A stretch of 45,279 nt of DNA, from contig JACPGQ010000027.1 in assembly GCA_016188975.1 (NCBI GenBank), forward strand, positions 1 through 45,279, in the 5' to 3' direction. The notes below the pieces were generated by a model. It worked only from the letters and a program-made list of their open reading frames with translations. It was not told where the DNA came from and made no database searches. The translations under genes were made by a program, and so were the position numbers. This stretch comes from Candidatus Levyibacteriota bacterium. GTDB lineage: Bacteria; Patescibacteriota; Microgenomatia; Levybacterales; UBA12049. This document shows, one piece after another, positions 18,025 through 28,174 of the stretch. Every line of letters starts with the position of its first letter. Within the stretch, counting starts at the first letter, position 1.

Positions 18025-18957
18025 ATGGCTGCCCCACTACCCCACCTTATTGATCAGTTTCTTGAATATCTCGAAATCGAAAAGAACTGTTCAAAACTTA
18101 CGATTCGTGACTATCGTCATTACCTGGAAGTTTTTCTTGTTTGGTTTAGCAAGTTTCACCCAAATAAATCAATCAGTGATATAAATCTTGATATCATCCG
18201 TAGATACCGAGTCTTTTTATCAAAAAAGGCTGATGTGAAGGGTCAAACGCTGAAAAAAGTCACCCAAAACTACTACGTCATTGCGCTCCGTTCCCTCCTA
18301 CGATATCTTATAAAAAACGACATCAAGACGCTTGAGCCCTCGAAAATTGATTTACCTAAGACGGAGAGCCGGAGTCTGAAGTTTTTAGAGCGTGAACAAA
18401 TTGACCGTCTCGTGACAATGCCTGACACTTCAAGAGAAGACGGTGTTCGAGATCGTTCGATTCTCGAACTGCTGTTCTCGACAGGCCTTCGAGTTTCTGA
18501 ACTTTCCAAGCTTAATCATCCTCAGATAAATATAGAGCGTCGCGAGTTTGGAGTCGTCGGCAAAGGAGGACGCGCAAGGGTCGTGTTTATCTCAGAGCGC
18601 GCTGCACAGTGGCTTGAGCGGTATCTCACGATGCGCAAGGATATATTTAAGCCGCTTTTTATTCGCTACTCAGGGAAAGTCGATGAGGAGTATAGCGGCG
18701 AAAAGATGCGGCTGACTCCACGAAGTATCGAACGAATTGTCAAAAAGTACGTCCGACTCGCCCGCCTTCCGGTTGACGCGACAGTCCATACACTTCGCCA
18801 TTCATTTGCGACAGACTTATTGACCAATGGTGCAGACCTTCGCTCAGTCCAGGAGATGCTTGGGCACAAAAATATCGCGACTACTCAAATTTATACCCAC
18901 GTAACTAACAAACAGTTACGCGATGTGCATAAATCCTTTCATAGTGGAAATAAATGA
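18025..18957 (+). CDS. xerC: Tyrosine recombinase XerC/XerD
   Basis: STGLRVSEL, GKG, HTLRHSFAT, LGH..IATTQIY; SAM-like N-domain FLEYLEIEKN; ATG 18025 follows TACAAT. XerC versus XerD cannot be resolved by eye. Confidence 0.9.
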   Translation: MAAPLPHLIDQFLEYLEIEKNCSKLTIRDYRHYLEVFLVWFSKFHPNKSISDINLDIIRRYRVFLSKKADVKGQTLKKVTQNYYVIALRSLLRYLIKNDIKTLEPSKIDLPKTESRSLKFLEREQIDRLVTMPDTSREDGVRDRSILELLFSTGLRVSELSKLNHPQINIERREFGVVGKGGRARVVFISERAAQWLERYLTMRKDIFKPLFIRYSGKVDEEYSGEKMRLTPRSIERIVKKYVRLARLPVDATVHTLRHSFATDLLTNGADLRSVQEMLGHKNIATTQIYTHVTNKQLRDVHKSFHSGNK

Positions 18958-19023
18958 GTGTTATTCCCATCTTTTGTGTTGGGAGAGGCATTTGTTGAGA
19001 GTATTGCTATAGGATTTAAAAAG

Positions 19024-19803
19024 CTATTGGGCGCTGAGGATATTGGCCTGTTGTTGTGGGATCGTTCGCGTTACTGTCCCGAATGTTGCTGAGACGGCGA
19101 GAGGTTCTTGGCCTTTTTCTCTGGGACTTCCATTTAAGTTTGCTAGGACAGCCCTCCATCCTCCGTTTTCATTTTTCATAACGTTAGCTTTCGGATACCA
19201 GAGACCTACACGTTTATTTGGATCAGTGGTTGACTGGAGATTGCCAAACTTTTCAGAGTTATATGTTCCTCCTTCTGCGCAGAGAAAGATACCATCAGTT
19301 CCATTCATTTCCTCCCTAAGCTCAGATGATGTATAGTTTTTGCCGTTATCGACACGATCGTCAAGTCCTTCTCGAACGATGACGACTTCGGGTGAATCTG
19401 GATCAAGATCAATTTTTTTCGGCACGAGTTTCAATACCAAGAGATCTGGTTTAGGAGTTCTTCGCAACGTTCCGTCTTCTTTTATTCTGACAAATGTTAA
19501 CCCACTCCGAGAAAGTTCTGACAGATCAACGTCTTCATGGGATAAGTCGAGAGTTTCTAGGCTGGCAATGTTTCGGGGCCTTTCTGTAGGCGTAGGTGTA
19601 GGCTCGGGAGTTGCAGGTTGCGATGCTCTTTGGTTCCCTCCTCTACCTACTCGAGTAAGGAGTCCAGCAAAAGCCGTGCTGAGCCCTGCAGTGACGAATG
19701 CCCTGCGAGTACTTGTTCTTTGATCTGGGGTTTTCTTCTGTTTTCCTGCGGATGAAAACTCTTGTCCTTCTGGAGATTGGTCCGGTGACCGTCCTTCACT
19801 CAT
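19024..19803 (-). CDS. Hypothetical exported or anchored protein with twin-arginine-like motif
   Basis: STRRAFV followed by a hydrophobic stretch, then a PT-rich linker. Confidence 0.7.
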   Translation of the reverse strand: MSEGRSPDQSPEGQEFSSAGKQKKTPDQRTSTRRAFVTAGLSTAFAGLLTRVGRGGNQRASQPATPEPTPTPTERPRNIASLETLDLSHEDVDLSELSRSGLTFVRIKEDGTLRRTPKPDLLVLKLVPKKIDLDPDSPEVVIVREGLDDRVDNGKNYTSSELREEMNGTDGIFLCAEGGTYNSEKFGNLQSTTDPNKRVGLWYPKANVMKNENGGWRAVLANLNGSPREKGQEPLAVSATFGTVTRTIPQQQANILSAQ

Positions 19804-19805
19804 AG

Positions 19806-20552
19806 TTATAGTGTTTGATAGGATAGTGAGACAGTGATGCGGACAGTGTTTTCGCCGGGAGCAATTTGCGTTGGTTCTCCTGCCCCTCTCCCCTCAAGAG
19901 CTTTATCAGCTGTGTAGATACCTGGGGGTTCTATGCCCGGTGACTCATAGACGCTCACAACTTTGCCGAGCCGTAAGCCTGAGAGATTAGCCAGCTCTTG
20001 GGCTTTTTTCTTTGCGTTATCGATGGCCTGTTTTCGTGCTTGCTCTTCAAGCTTTTCCTGTTCTTTTTCGTCCAGAACAAAACTCACGCCACCTACCATA
20101 TTTGCGCCGTCACTCGTGACGACATCAATTGCCCGATTTGCCTGATCAATTGGCTTCAGACGAACTTCCATGTTTTGTGAGACATTATAACCGGTAATAC
20201 GCTGACCGCCCTCCGTGTAATCGTAATTCGGATAGATGCTATAATTGGTGGTTTTTATGTTTTTTACTTCGACGCCGAGTCCTTTGAGATCGTCTGTGAT
20301 TTTTTTAGCAATTTCATTGACCTGATCGCGTGCTTGTTGGACTGTCGTTGCCTGTTTGGTGACGCCAAAAGAGAGGAGTGCCGTATCGGGGATTCCTGTT
20401 GTCTCCCCTGTCCCATCGACTGTGAAGAGGTCAGTTTTGTTTGTCGTGACGCTGTTGACTGAAAAAGGGAGCGGTCCAAAGAGAGTAGTGAAGATATAGA
20501 GAAAAGCGAAGATGAAAAGAACCGTAAAGAAAGGAACTTTCAGATTTGCCAC
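19806..20552 (-). CDS. SIMPL (DUF541) domain protein
   Basis: TVDGTGE..PDTA, IKTTNYSIYPNY, AIDNAKKKAQELA, PGE..V...V.LSY. Confidence 0.9.
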   Translation of the reverse strand: MANLKVPFFTVLFIFAFLYIFTTLFGPLPFSVNSVTTNKTDLFTVDGTGETTGIPDTALLSFGVTKQATTVQQARDQVNEIAKKITDDLKGLGVEVKNIKTTNYSIYPNYDYTEGGQRITGYNVSQNMEVRLKPIDQANRAIDVVTSDGANMVGGVSFVLDEKEQEKLEEQARKQAIDNAKKKAQELANLSGLRLGKVVSVYESPGIEPPGIYTADKALEGRGAGEPTQIAPGENTVRITVSLSYQTL

Positions 20553-20604
20553 AGATGTATGGTAGTCTATCCCCTTTTCTCTGTCAAGGCTTGGTTAGGC
20601 TTGG

Positions 20605-21246
20605 TTAGGCCGCAGGATCTTCCCGGTCGTTTATACCATAATCCTGCATTCTGTATGGACTTAGCATAAGAACATACTCGCCTGAGCTTTCTTTTATGAG
20701 CTTTCCTTCCATTAATTTTTCATCTGAACTTCTTCGCAAAACGTCATCAATCATCTCTGTCCCTGCATCTTGTTTGATATTGTTGGTTGGCGATGGGAGG
20801 AATCCTCGCAAGGTCAAAATCGTATCGACATCATCAAACTCCGGTTTTCCTGCTATCAGTACACACTCGCCTACTTCAGTCCCTTTAATCCGTCGAATAT
20901 ACAACGAGTGATTCCTGAGTTCTATTTTTCCGGATTCACTCTTATGTGTAAGTCTTGCTATTTCCAATGCATCGACAGACTTATCTTTTTGACTAGGGTA
21001 GTAGAGATGCTTGGCAAGTACTACTCTGTCGGCAGACAGGTTCTGATGGACATCAACAATGGGTTCATTATCTGTGATGCGCGATTCAGAAGGCAGGACG
21101 AGCTGGCCGTTTTGCAGAGATTGCACTGCTGCAATAATATCTTTGGCGAGCCATCCTTCTACGGGAAGGAACTTTTTCTCATCGACAGCACTCCCGTTTT
21201 CGGGGTGAGAGACGGAGTTAAAAGGCGCTTCTTCCGGCTGTGTCAT
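20605..21246 (-). CDS. Hypothetical protein
   Basis: 213 aa ORF co-oriented with neighbours; no motif recognised; ends DPAA. Confidence 0.7.
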   Translation of the reverse strand: MTQPEEAPFNSVSHPENGSAVDEKKFLPVEGWLAKDIIAAVQSLQNGQLVLPSESRITDNEPIVDVHQNLSADRVVLAKHLYYPSQKDKSVDALEIARLTHKSESGKIELRNHSLYIRRIKGTEVGECVLIAGKPEFDDVDTILTLRGFLPSPTNNIKQDAGTEMIDDVLRRSSDEKLMEGKLIKESSGEYVLMLSPYRMQDYGINDREDPAA

Positions 21247-21393
21247 GGTTATTTTTCGATGATAGTATTTTTTGTTTATGAGTCATTCGCATGCTACTAT
21301 CCCCATACAGACTTGTCTTATCAAACTTATTTGTGCGGTTTCATATTATGCGCTCGTGCGTGTTAAAAGTCTATGGCGAGAAATTGGGAGAAA

Positions 21394-22101
21394 CTATCGT
21401 TTTCTGCCAAAAGTGGTGTAATCGGTAAGTTTTTGGAGATCGAGGACGGTAACCCTTCCTCTGTTTACTCGTATAATTCCCTCATCTTCGAGCCTATGAA
21501 GCGAAAGGGTGACTGTTTCGCGAAATGCACCGACGAATTCAGCGATGCGTTGATGCGTCAGTTCAAGTCCTATTTCGATCTCATTTTTTACCTTGATACC
21601 AAATTTCTCAGCGCAATCAGCCAGAAAAATTGCAACACGAGGAGTCGTACTCGCATAAATAAAACTCTCGAATTTTTTTTCCGTGAGGGCGAGACGGTCT
21701 CTATATGCTTGGAGGAGTTCTACGAGAATCTCAGGGTTATTGGCGATCCGATCGAAGCATTCTTTGCGAGATATTGTTTGTACTTTCAGAGGTGTCACTG
21801 CCTCTGCTGCATGGAGTGTGCGGTCATCCTTACTGAGGAGTGTTCGAATGCCCAGTAGCTGGCCTGGGCCGAGAAGATAACTTGTCGTTTCTCTTCCCTC
21901 TTCAGATAAGCGATAAATTTTGAGATAGCCTTCTCGTATTAAATATAATCTGCCCAGTGGATCACCTGTGTTGAAAAGTACCGAACCTTTTTTGACAAAC
22001 TGTACTGGCGGTGCGTCCGGCTCTGAGAAAAGCGAGGTAAAATCAGGCGGATCCCAGACCCGATCGAGTCGCTCCTTGAGTTTTCGTTTCTGCTCGTCCA
22101 C
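21394..22101 (-). CDS. Crp/Fnr family transcriptional regulator
   Basis: cNMP-binding fold (KGSVLFNTGD, LYLIREG, GPGQLLG) and HTH LTHQRIAEFVGAFRETVT; GTG start. Confidence 0.93.
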   Translation of the reverse strand: MDEQKRKLKERLDRVWDPPDFTSLFSEPDAPPVQFVKKGSVLFNTGDPLGRLYLIREGYLKIYRLSEEGRETTSYLLGPGQLLGIRTLLSKDDRTLHAAEAVTPLKVQTISRKECFDRIANNPEILVELLQAYRDRLALTEKKFESFIYASTTPRVAIFLADCAEKFGIKVKNEIEIGLELTHQRIAEFVGAFRETVTLSLHRLEDEGIIRVNRGRVTVLDLQKLTDYTTFGRKR

Positions 22102-22297
22102 ATCATGACTATACCATATGACTTTTCAAATTGCTGACATTTGTATGATAGTACAAAGAGCGTCGTTTTAAACACGTTGTTATGACGTGACGTTTGCAGA
22201 GAAAAATTGTAAATTTGTTACAAAAGTTTTTGGTATATCGTACAGACAGAAATTTTGATTAGCAATATTATTGTGAACAGACCGTTAGGGTAGGCTC

Positions 22298-22326
22298 TTG
22301 ACAGATATTTACCCTACAGTTAGTAT
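22298..22326 (+). promoter_or_regulatory. Sigma70 promoter of the fabH-like gene (likely leaderless)
   Basis: TTGACA-17 bp-TAGTAT with ATG 6 nt downstream; TAGGGTA/TACCCTA inverted repeat brackets the -35. Confidence 0.7.
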
Positions 22327-22332
22327 CAACAT

Positions 22333-23445
22333 ATGTTACCAATTGAAGCACGAGCTGGAATGATTCCAGCGATTACAGGGGTTGGAAGCGCAGTTGGATC
22401 TGAAATTAAGACAAACGATGATCTGATACCTCATATAACTGCAGCAAACCCAGAGAAATGGGGTGGAAAAGAGCGTGCTTTCCGAATGCTCATGTATAAA
22501 GTTGGAATCCAAACGAGGCCACAGGTACGTATAGGAGAACAGGCAACCTCTCATTTGGCAACAGAAGCATCGAGAATAGCGATGGAGATGGCAGGAATAA
22601 GACCTGAGGATATCGGCTCAGTAGTAATTGCTACTTCCTCACAAGATTATTTAGGTCTTCCAGTTTCCCCTATGGTCCAAGATAATCTTGGTATTCCGAA
22701 TGATGTTGGAGCTTATGATCTCATGGCAGCCTGTCCAGGGTTTGGGCATAACCTCAGAAATGCTTTTTATGAGGTGACTCATCCTCTTTGGGATGGTAAG
22801 CCGATGCTTATAGGAGGGGCTGAGACAATAAGCCCATACACTGACGCTACGGATGAGAATACCTACCTGCTCTTTGGAGATGCCGCTGGATCGGTGATAG
22901 TTGATTTAGTGAAACCCGATGAAGGTGCACCGACAATATGGAAGATTGTCAGATGGTCAGACGGTAGTAAACGTATGGCAATTAGGGTCGATGCTGGAGG
23001 AACAATGAATCCACCAACTGAAAGGACTGTAAGGGAAAAACAGCATGTACTACGTCTAGATGGAAAAGTAGTAACTCAAACAGCTATTGAGCAGATGACA
23101 AGGCAAATAAAAGACGTACTCGAGCAAACGGGATATCCTGCCGAAGAGGTAAAACTTATTCCACATCAAGCAAATAAGAGTATTATGAATCCTGTAGCAG
23201 AGAATGTTGGGGTTCCTCGCGAGCATGTTGTGGTGACGATTGATAGATACGGAAACACATCTTCAGCAAGTATTCCGACTGCTCTCTACGAAGGTTTTCT
23301 GTCGGGACAGGTAAAACGTAATGAAGTTGTGGTATTTTGTACAGCAGGAGCTGGAATCAATGTCGTATCGGGAGTAATTCCGATGGTTGGATTACCTCAG
23401 GAACCAGATCCGCGATTTCATACGGTTGCAAGAGTTGCAGCTTAA
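22333..23445 (+). CDS. fabH: Beta-ketoacyl-ACP synthase III (FabH-like)
   Basis: Cys-His-Asn triad: DLMAACPGF, PHQAN, YGNTSSASIP; LFGDAAG. Confidence 0.88.
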   Translation: MLPIEARAGMIPAITGVGSAVGSEIKTNDDLIPHITAANPEKWGGKERAFRMLMYKVGIQTRPQVRIGEQATSHLATEASRIAMEMAGIRPEDIGSVVIATSSQDYLGLPVSPMVQDNLGIPNDVGAYDLMAACPGFGHNLRNAFYEVTHPLWDGKPMLIGGAETISPYTDATDENTYLLFGDAAGSVIVDLVKPDEGAPTIWKIVRWSDGSKRMAIRVDAGGTMNPPTERTVREKQHVLRLDGKVVTQTAIEQMTRQIKDVLEQTGYPAEEVKLIPHQANKSIMNPVAENVGVPREHVVVTIDRYGNTSSASIPTALYEGFLSGQVKRNEVVVFCTAGAGINVVSGVIPMVGLPQEPDPRFHTVARVAA

Positions 23446-23451
23446 TTATCT

Positions 23452-24690
23452 ATGATTGATACTGAACCGAGACGAGTTGTAGTCACTGGTATTGGAGCGT
23501 TTTCCGCTCTCGGAGATTCTGCCTCGAAAAATTTCCAAAACCTCGTTGATGGGCAAATCGGCATTTCCCCTCTTCCATTTGAACATTCAACAATAAAGCT
23601 TGCAGGGCAAATAGCAAATTTTAATCTACGGGTAGTTTTTAGTGGATTCGACAATGCTCGGTTTAAAGAAACGAGACGGCTCCCCCGCGCTGCTCAAATA
23701 AGCGATGCTGCTGTTCAGGAAGCTTTACGAAGCGCTTGGCTTTTGAATGATGATTCTTGGTTCAGGGACCCAAGTCTCGCTGAGGAACTCCCTATATATA
23801 TGGCGACAGCAATTGGTGGTGGTTTTGACGTCGACGGACCTGATGCAAAGACGAAGATAAAAATAATTCAAGTTCTTCCTGATACAGTTGCCAGCGGACC
23901 AGGAAGACTATTTGGATTAAAAGGAACAAACATGTCACCGGTAGCAGCCTGTGCAGGCAGCGGTGAAGCTATAGGGATAGCGTTGAGAAATATCAGACAT
24001 GGATACAACGACATCGCTGTTGCAGGGGGAGCTGAGAGCGGCATAATGTCCCGACATCTTGATTACTATGCGGAGATAGGAGCGTTATCAAATTCAGAAG
24101 ATCCTCAGAGAGCAAGCATGCCGTTTGATGCAAACGCTTCTGGTATTGTTCTGGCAGAGCTGGGAGCAGCATTGGTACTCGAGTCAGAGGAGCATGCGGT
24201 GAGAAGAGGAGCGCAGATTTTTGGAGAAGCGTTAGAATTTGCCACCGGATCTGATGCATCCCATCCAACGATGAGCGATGGGTCTGCGCTGCGAAAAACG
24301 ATGCGTCGTGTCCGTATGGCTTTCGATGAAGAAAACACAGATGGAGTCATATTTGTTCAAGCCCATGCCACAGGAACTGAGGGAGATATTGTAGAAGGTG
24401 AAGTAATTGAAGAAGCGCTTGCAGAAGATCGTGAAAAAGTTGTTTATTCGTATAAAGGGAGAACCGGCCATCCGCTTGGTGCTGCAGGGGGATATGGTGC
24501 TTTCGTAACATTATTTGTCCTCAATAGTGGCACTGTGCCCCCGAATAATATTGAACATCCGGTTAAGAATTTTGACTTTGAGCTTCCACAACAAGCAGTT
24601 CAGAAAAGGGTTACGGCAGGGATAAGCAACTCATTAGGATTTGGGGGAAATACAAATTCTCTTGGGTTCGTGCCATACGTGCCCCACTAG
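23452..24690 (+). CDS. fabF: Beta-ketoacyl-ACP synthase II (FabF-like)
   Basis: RRVVVTGIG, AACAGS (Cys), AHATGT and KGRTGHPLGAAG (two His), SNSLGFGG.N. Confidence 0.9.
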   Translation: MIDTEPRRVVVTGIGAFSALGDSASKNFQNLVDGQIGISPLPFEHSTIKLAGQIANFNLRVVFSGFDNARFKETRRLPRAAQISDAAVQEALRSAWLLNDDSWFRDPSLAEELPIYMATAIGGGFDVDGPDAKTKIKIIQVLPDTVASGPGRLFGLKGTNMSPVAACAGSGEAIGIALRNIRHGYNDIAVAGGAESGIMSRHLDYYAEIGALSNSEDPQRASMPFDANASGIVLAELGAALVLESEEHAVRRGAQIFGEALEFATGSDASHPTMSDGSALRKTMRRVRMAFDEENTDGVIFVQAHATGTEGDIVEGEVIEEALAEDREKVVYSYKGRTGHPLGAAGGYGAFVTLFVLNSGTVPPNNIEHPVKNFDFELPQQAVQKRVTAGISNSLGFGGNTNSLGFVPYVPH

Positions 24691-24724
24691 GTTAGTTTTG
24701 GCATCTGTGTTCGTCGAATAGGAG

Positions 24725-25948
24725 TTACGCAGCGAGCCGATCTCGGTAGAGGTTTGGATCGAGGAAGACAAGTTCTGCAAAATCTTGAGACCCTCCTGCT
24801 CCGTAAGCAAATATTATTACACTCCGCCCTGGCTCTGTGATGTCACGTACGTTGCCGTCGTGATAATCAAAACCTCGATGAAGTACTTTTCCCAGGGTGG
24901 CTGCACTACTATTTCCATCCTCCTTAGCAAGAAAAGGCATAGGTGCAGGTATTTCGTTGCGTTTGAGATCTCCGACGAAGAGATCGAAGACCGGTAGACT
25001 CGGATTGTGGGCAAAAATGGGGGGGAGCTGTTTTCCAGGATGTGCATCCATGTAGGCCTTCATTTCTCGTAATAAGAACGGCCCGGACTTCCTTCCAAAA
25101 AACCGAAACGTTGCCATTCCATCCATCCAAATATCATACCCCTCTGGAGGCTCTGCCATGATTATCATCTCCGTATTGTTCTCTGAATCTACCTGCCAAT
25201 ACTGTCTTATATCTTTAGGATCTGTGATCGGTTTTGTTTTATCTTTGTAGGTCATTGTCGCAGCAAGTACGCCGTTTTCATCAGGAATAATTTCATGACG
25301 ATGATGATGTATCTCTGTTTCAACAAGAGAAACATATCCTGTTATGGATACTGAATTTGAAAACGCACGATATGATGTAATGTCTACTCTTTTAGGGTTA
25401 TTTGTATATCTTGTCATGCCCTCAACGTTCACTTGCAATATCCTTTTTCCCTGAAATTCTTCTCGCTCGTGTGCTGCAGCTAATCCATACGCTGGTGAAT
25501 TACAGGCCGCAAAGACGTTAAGTGTTGGAATGTCAGGGTCTAGACCGATTCGATCTGCTATCTCTCTTGCGTAATTTGGAATTTTCCTTTTCCCATTGAT
25601 GCCTGGCATACCGCTTGTTACGATTACGCCTCCGACATCGGGTTTTGCCCATTCTCTTTCTCTAATTACCTCGTTTCCTACAGTTACTGCAGCCTCGATC
25701 TCATCTGATATGGCAGCTTCATCGTCGAGTTGGGGGTCGGTTTGATAAATGCAGTCAAATCCAAGATCTTTTTTGCGGAGTTCGTCCTCTGGTACTTGAT
25801 AGTATGTTGAAGCTCTACTTATGACCTCGTCTCTTGATAGCTTTACTCCCCATTGGCCATTTATTCCGACAATACCGGTGACGCTTCGATGTCTGTCAAT
25901 ATCAATCGGAGTGCCACTCGAGAGTTTGGGAGGTGTCAGCGTTTCCAT
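24725..25948 (-). CDS. Divergent KAS III-like thiolase-fold condensing enzyme
   Basis: FAACNS (Cys), FAHNPS (His), DGNSSAA (Asn), AYGAGG C-terminal motif. Confidence 0.75.
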   Translation of the reverse strand: METLTPPKLSSGTPIDIDRHRSVTGIVGINGQWGVKLSRDEVISRASTYYQVPEDELRKKDLGFDCIYQTDPQLDDEAAISDEIEAAVTVGNEVIREREWAKPDVGGVIVTSGMPGINGKRKIPNYAREIADRIGLDPDIPTLNVFAACNSPAYGLAAAHEREEFQGKRILQVNVEGMTRYTNNPKRVDITSYRAFSNSVSITGYVSLVETEIHHHRHEIIPDENGVLAATMTYKDKTKPITDPKDIRQYWQVDSENNTEMIIMAEPPEGYDIWMDGMATFRFFGRKSGPFLLREMKAYMDAHPGKQLPPIFAHNPSLPVFDLFVGDLKRNEIPAPMPFLAKEDGNSSAATLGKVLHRGFDYHDGNVRDITEPGRSVIIFAYGAGGSQDFAELVFLDPNLYRDRLAA

Positions 25949-26014
25949 ACGAAGAGTATATTGATTTTTGGATCTTGCGGTCAGTGCGGGAGATTACAAA
26001 GGATTAGTAGTTAT

Positions 26015-26971
26015 TTATGCTGCGAAAAGCGTTTGCGCTTGTTCAAATGGGATGAGTCCTGCTTGAGTTCTTTTGTACGACGTAACGAGCTCGTCTCGCT
26101 GATTGAGGACTGTAGCTCCTGATGCAACAATAACAACGTCTCCCATTGGTCTGATTTGGAGTCCTTGTGGAATAATTTGAAGCACATCCCCTACTCTAAC
26201 TGGTCTATAATACTCGGCTCCTGCAATTTTTTTGAAGACGCCTACTTTGAGTGGTTTTCCTTCTGCATCTACTGGAAGACCTCCTGTTCCCATAGCCGCC
26301 GTTGCTATGAATTGAATTGCTGCTTCATCAATCTCATCAAAGGGTAAAACCTCTTCATTCTTAGGTACCCGTTCAAACCTCACTCTTTTCATGCTTATTA
26401 CGTCTTGACCCCCACGTTTCCCTTTAATATCCGCATACACTCCATCAACGCCTGCTCCTTGTGTTTCGGCAGTAAATTCTGCAGTATCTCCTTTTCTCAC
26501 AACTCCCTCAAAATTGACTGTCTCACTACTCACGACGAATACATCATACTTCTGCCTAAATTCTTCAAGTGTTAGGTTGTATGCAGACAATACGGCTGTT
26601 GTTACACCAGCACGTTCACTATAGTGACCAGGAGTTGGTTTAAATTCTTGGAGTAACCCGTCAAAATGTCCTGTGGTTTGGAGATCTGCAGTAAAAGATC
26701 CTACCCCGTTTTGAAATGTGTCAAGCGTAGGGACCGATCGTGCCCATCGAACTAGTTCCGGAGTAACCGTGAGAAATCCTCGAGCATTTTCTCCTTCTCC
26801 ATCAACTCGGTGGATACGAATTGCCGGAGGTCCCCAAATATCGAGTGCTGTCTGTGGGACGGTAGGTGGGAGAATGATGTCGGCACGAGGCAGAGTTATA
26901 TCACTCGGTTTAGGTGCTTGAAATCCTGCTTCTTGTGGAGAAATTGGCTGTCTTGGTGTTCCGTCTAGCAT
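26015..26971 (-). CDS. Double hot-dog fold FabZ/FabA-like dehydratase
   Basis: GHFD...PG..ER, VNFEGVVRKGD and second-domain AEYYRPVRVGD; start at MLDGT, 1 nt after the upstream stop. Confidence 0.7.
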   Translation of the reverse strand: MLDGTPRQPISPQEAGFQAPKPSDITLPRADIILPPTVPQTALDIWGPPAIRIHRVDGEGENARGFLTVTPELVRWARSVPTLDTFQNGVGSFTADLQTTGHFDGLLQEFKPTPGHYSERAGVTTAVLSAYNLTLEEFRQKYDVFVVSSETVNFEGVVRKGDTAEFTAETQGAGVDGVYADIKGKRGGQDVISMKRVRFERVPKNEEVLPFDEIDEAAIQFIATAAMGTGGLPVDAEGKPLKVGVFKKIAGAEYYRPVRVGDVLQIIPQGLQIRPMGDVVIVASGATVLNQRDELVTSYKRTQAGLIPFEQAQTLFAA

Positions 26972-26972
26972 A

Positions 26973-28169
26973 TTAAATCGGACTTCTGAATGTGAGCATT
27001 GGATGGTCTTGAGGAATTTCCCTGACAATATTTGCTCGCGCTTCCTCTGGGGTTCCTGTCGGACCTAATACATAGAGTTTTCGCGGTTGTCCTGGCGTCC
27101 AAAGCTCAGGATCGTTGGGATCTGAGAGAAGCATGATCTGGACCGCCCTGGACATATCGGCTTTCATCATTGGCTTGTTGGTATCTGTGTATCGTTTTCT
27201 ATCATCTTCTGATAGTAAGGGCAAAAGGTATTGGTTTACCATTCTTCCAACACCAGTATCGTCTATCACCTGTCCTACAACAGTGTATGGGAAAACTCCA
27301 TTGGATTCCAGATAGCTTCTTCCTTCATCAGAATGTATTTCGTCGTCATGAGCTTTTTTTGATTCTGATATCGTGCGATACCAGTTAGGGACAATTGTGT
27401 CCTCATCAAGATCTCGTGCAGATTCCGCAACCTTTTCCGCTTCACTCCACGCGCTAGCAAAATTTATATATTTTGCTTCGTCTGTAAAAAGACCTTTCTG
27501 GATAAGATCTTCTAGCAGCAAACTTGGTCCAGCGTAATTTACTTTCATTGCCATCGGCATTGACCGAATTACCCACTGCACAACATCCTGTTGTAGTTTG
27601 GCACGCGCTTCTACAAATGCCTCTTCACCTTGTTCAGTACGTATAGTTGCCAATTTCCCCATCGCTTTCGTAAGTCTTAGTGCGTAGAATTCTATTCCTC
27701 CGGCGCTTACATTTATCTCTGCAGAGAATTTATCACCGCCTTTACTTTCTAGTTCGTTGCCAACATTTTTGATGCTTCGTCTGTTTAAAAAATCGACCTT
27801 GACCGGGGTAATATGTGCATCAATATCAATCTCTCCAGAAATTTTTCCTCCTGCCTGAGACGTTTTTGCATCTTTAACAACTGACCCTTCAATTTTTTCT
27901 GGATTTCTTGTGAGAATTGTCACTTTCGCTCCCATCCCGACAAGATCTAGTGAGACTGTGGCTCCTGTGCCCCTACTCCCTCCCGTAACGAGGATTTCTT
28001 GCCCAAAAAGAGGTAGCCCTTCAGCTGATTCAGTTTGCGGGAGAAATGCAGCCGAAGCGTCTAGAGCTCGAGGGGTACCGAAATCTGCTCCTCCGCCACC
28101 CTTTCCCCCAAAAGGAGCTTCGGTTTGAGTGTTTGCAAAAACACCTGCTTCGAGTGCTGCTATTGGCAT
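26973..28169 (-). CDS. Divergent SDR oxidoreductase, enoyl-reductase-like (Y-x6-K)
   Basis: ILVTGGSRGTG Rossmann motif, NVSAGG, PNWYRTISESK. Confidence 0.7.
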   Translation of the reverse strand: MPIAALEAGVFANTQTEAPFGGKGGGGADFGTPRALDASAAFLPQTESAEGLPLFGQEILVTGGSRGTGATVSLDLVGMGAKVTILTRNPEKIEGSVVKDAKTSQAGGKISGEIDIDAHITPVKVDFLNRRSIKNVGNELESKGGDKFSAEINVSAGGIEFYALRLTKAMGKLATIRTEQGEEAFVEARAKLQQDVVQWVIRSMPMAMKVNYAGPSLLLEDLIQKGLFTDEAKYINFASAWSEAEKVAESARDLDEDTIVPNWYRTISESKKAHDDEIHSDEGRSYLESNGVFPYTVVGQVIDDTGVGRMVNQYLLPLLSEDDRKRYTDTNKPMMKADMSRAVQIMLLSDPNDPELWTPGQPRKLYVLGPTGTPEEARANIVREIPQDHPMLTFRSPI

Positions 28170-28174
28170 ATTTT

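Noticed and set aside
18025-18957. Tyrosine recombinase as a prophage or island integrase
   Set aside because: Length and motifs match chromosomal XerC/D; no phage genes or att duplication of the tRNA seen
20587-20610. Tandem AGGCTTGGTT duplication as a target-site duplication
   Set aside because: No element lies between the copies; simple slippage explains it
20770-21858. Plus-strand ORFs of 198 aa and 161 aa, and other short antisense ORFs
   Set aside because: They are shadows of better-supported opposite-strand genes, with no recognisable motifs
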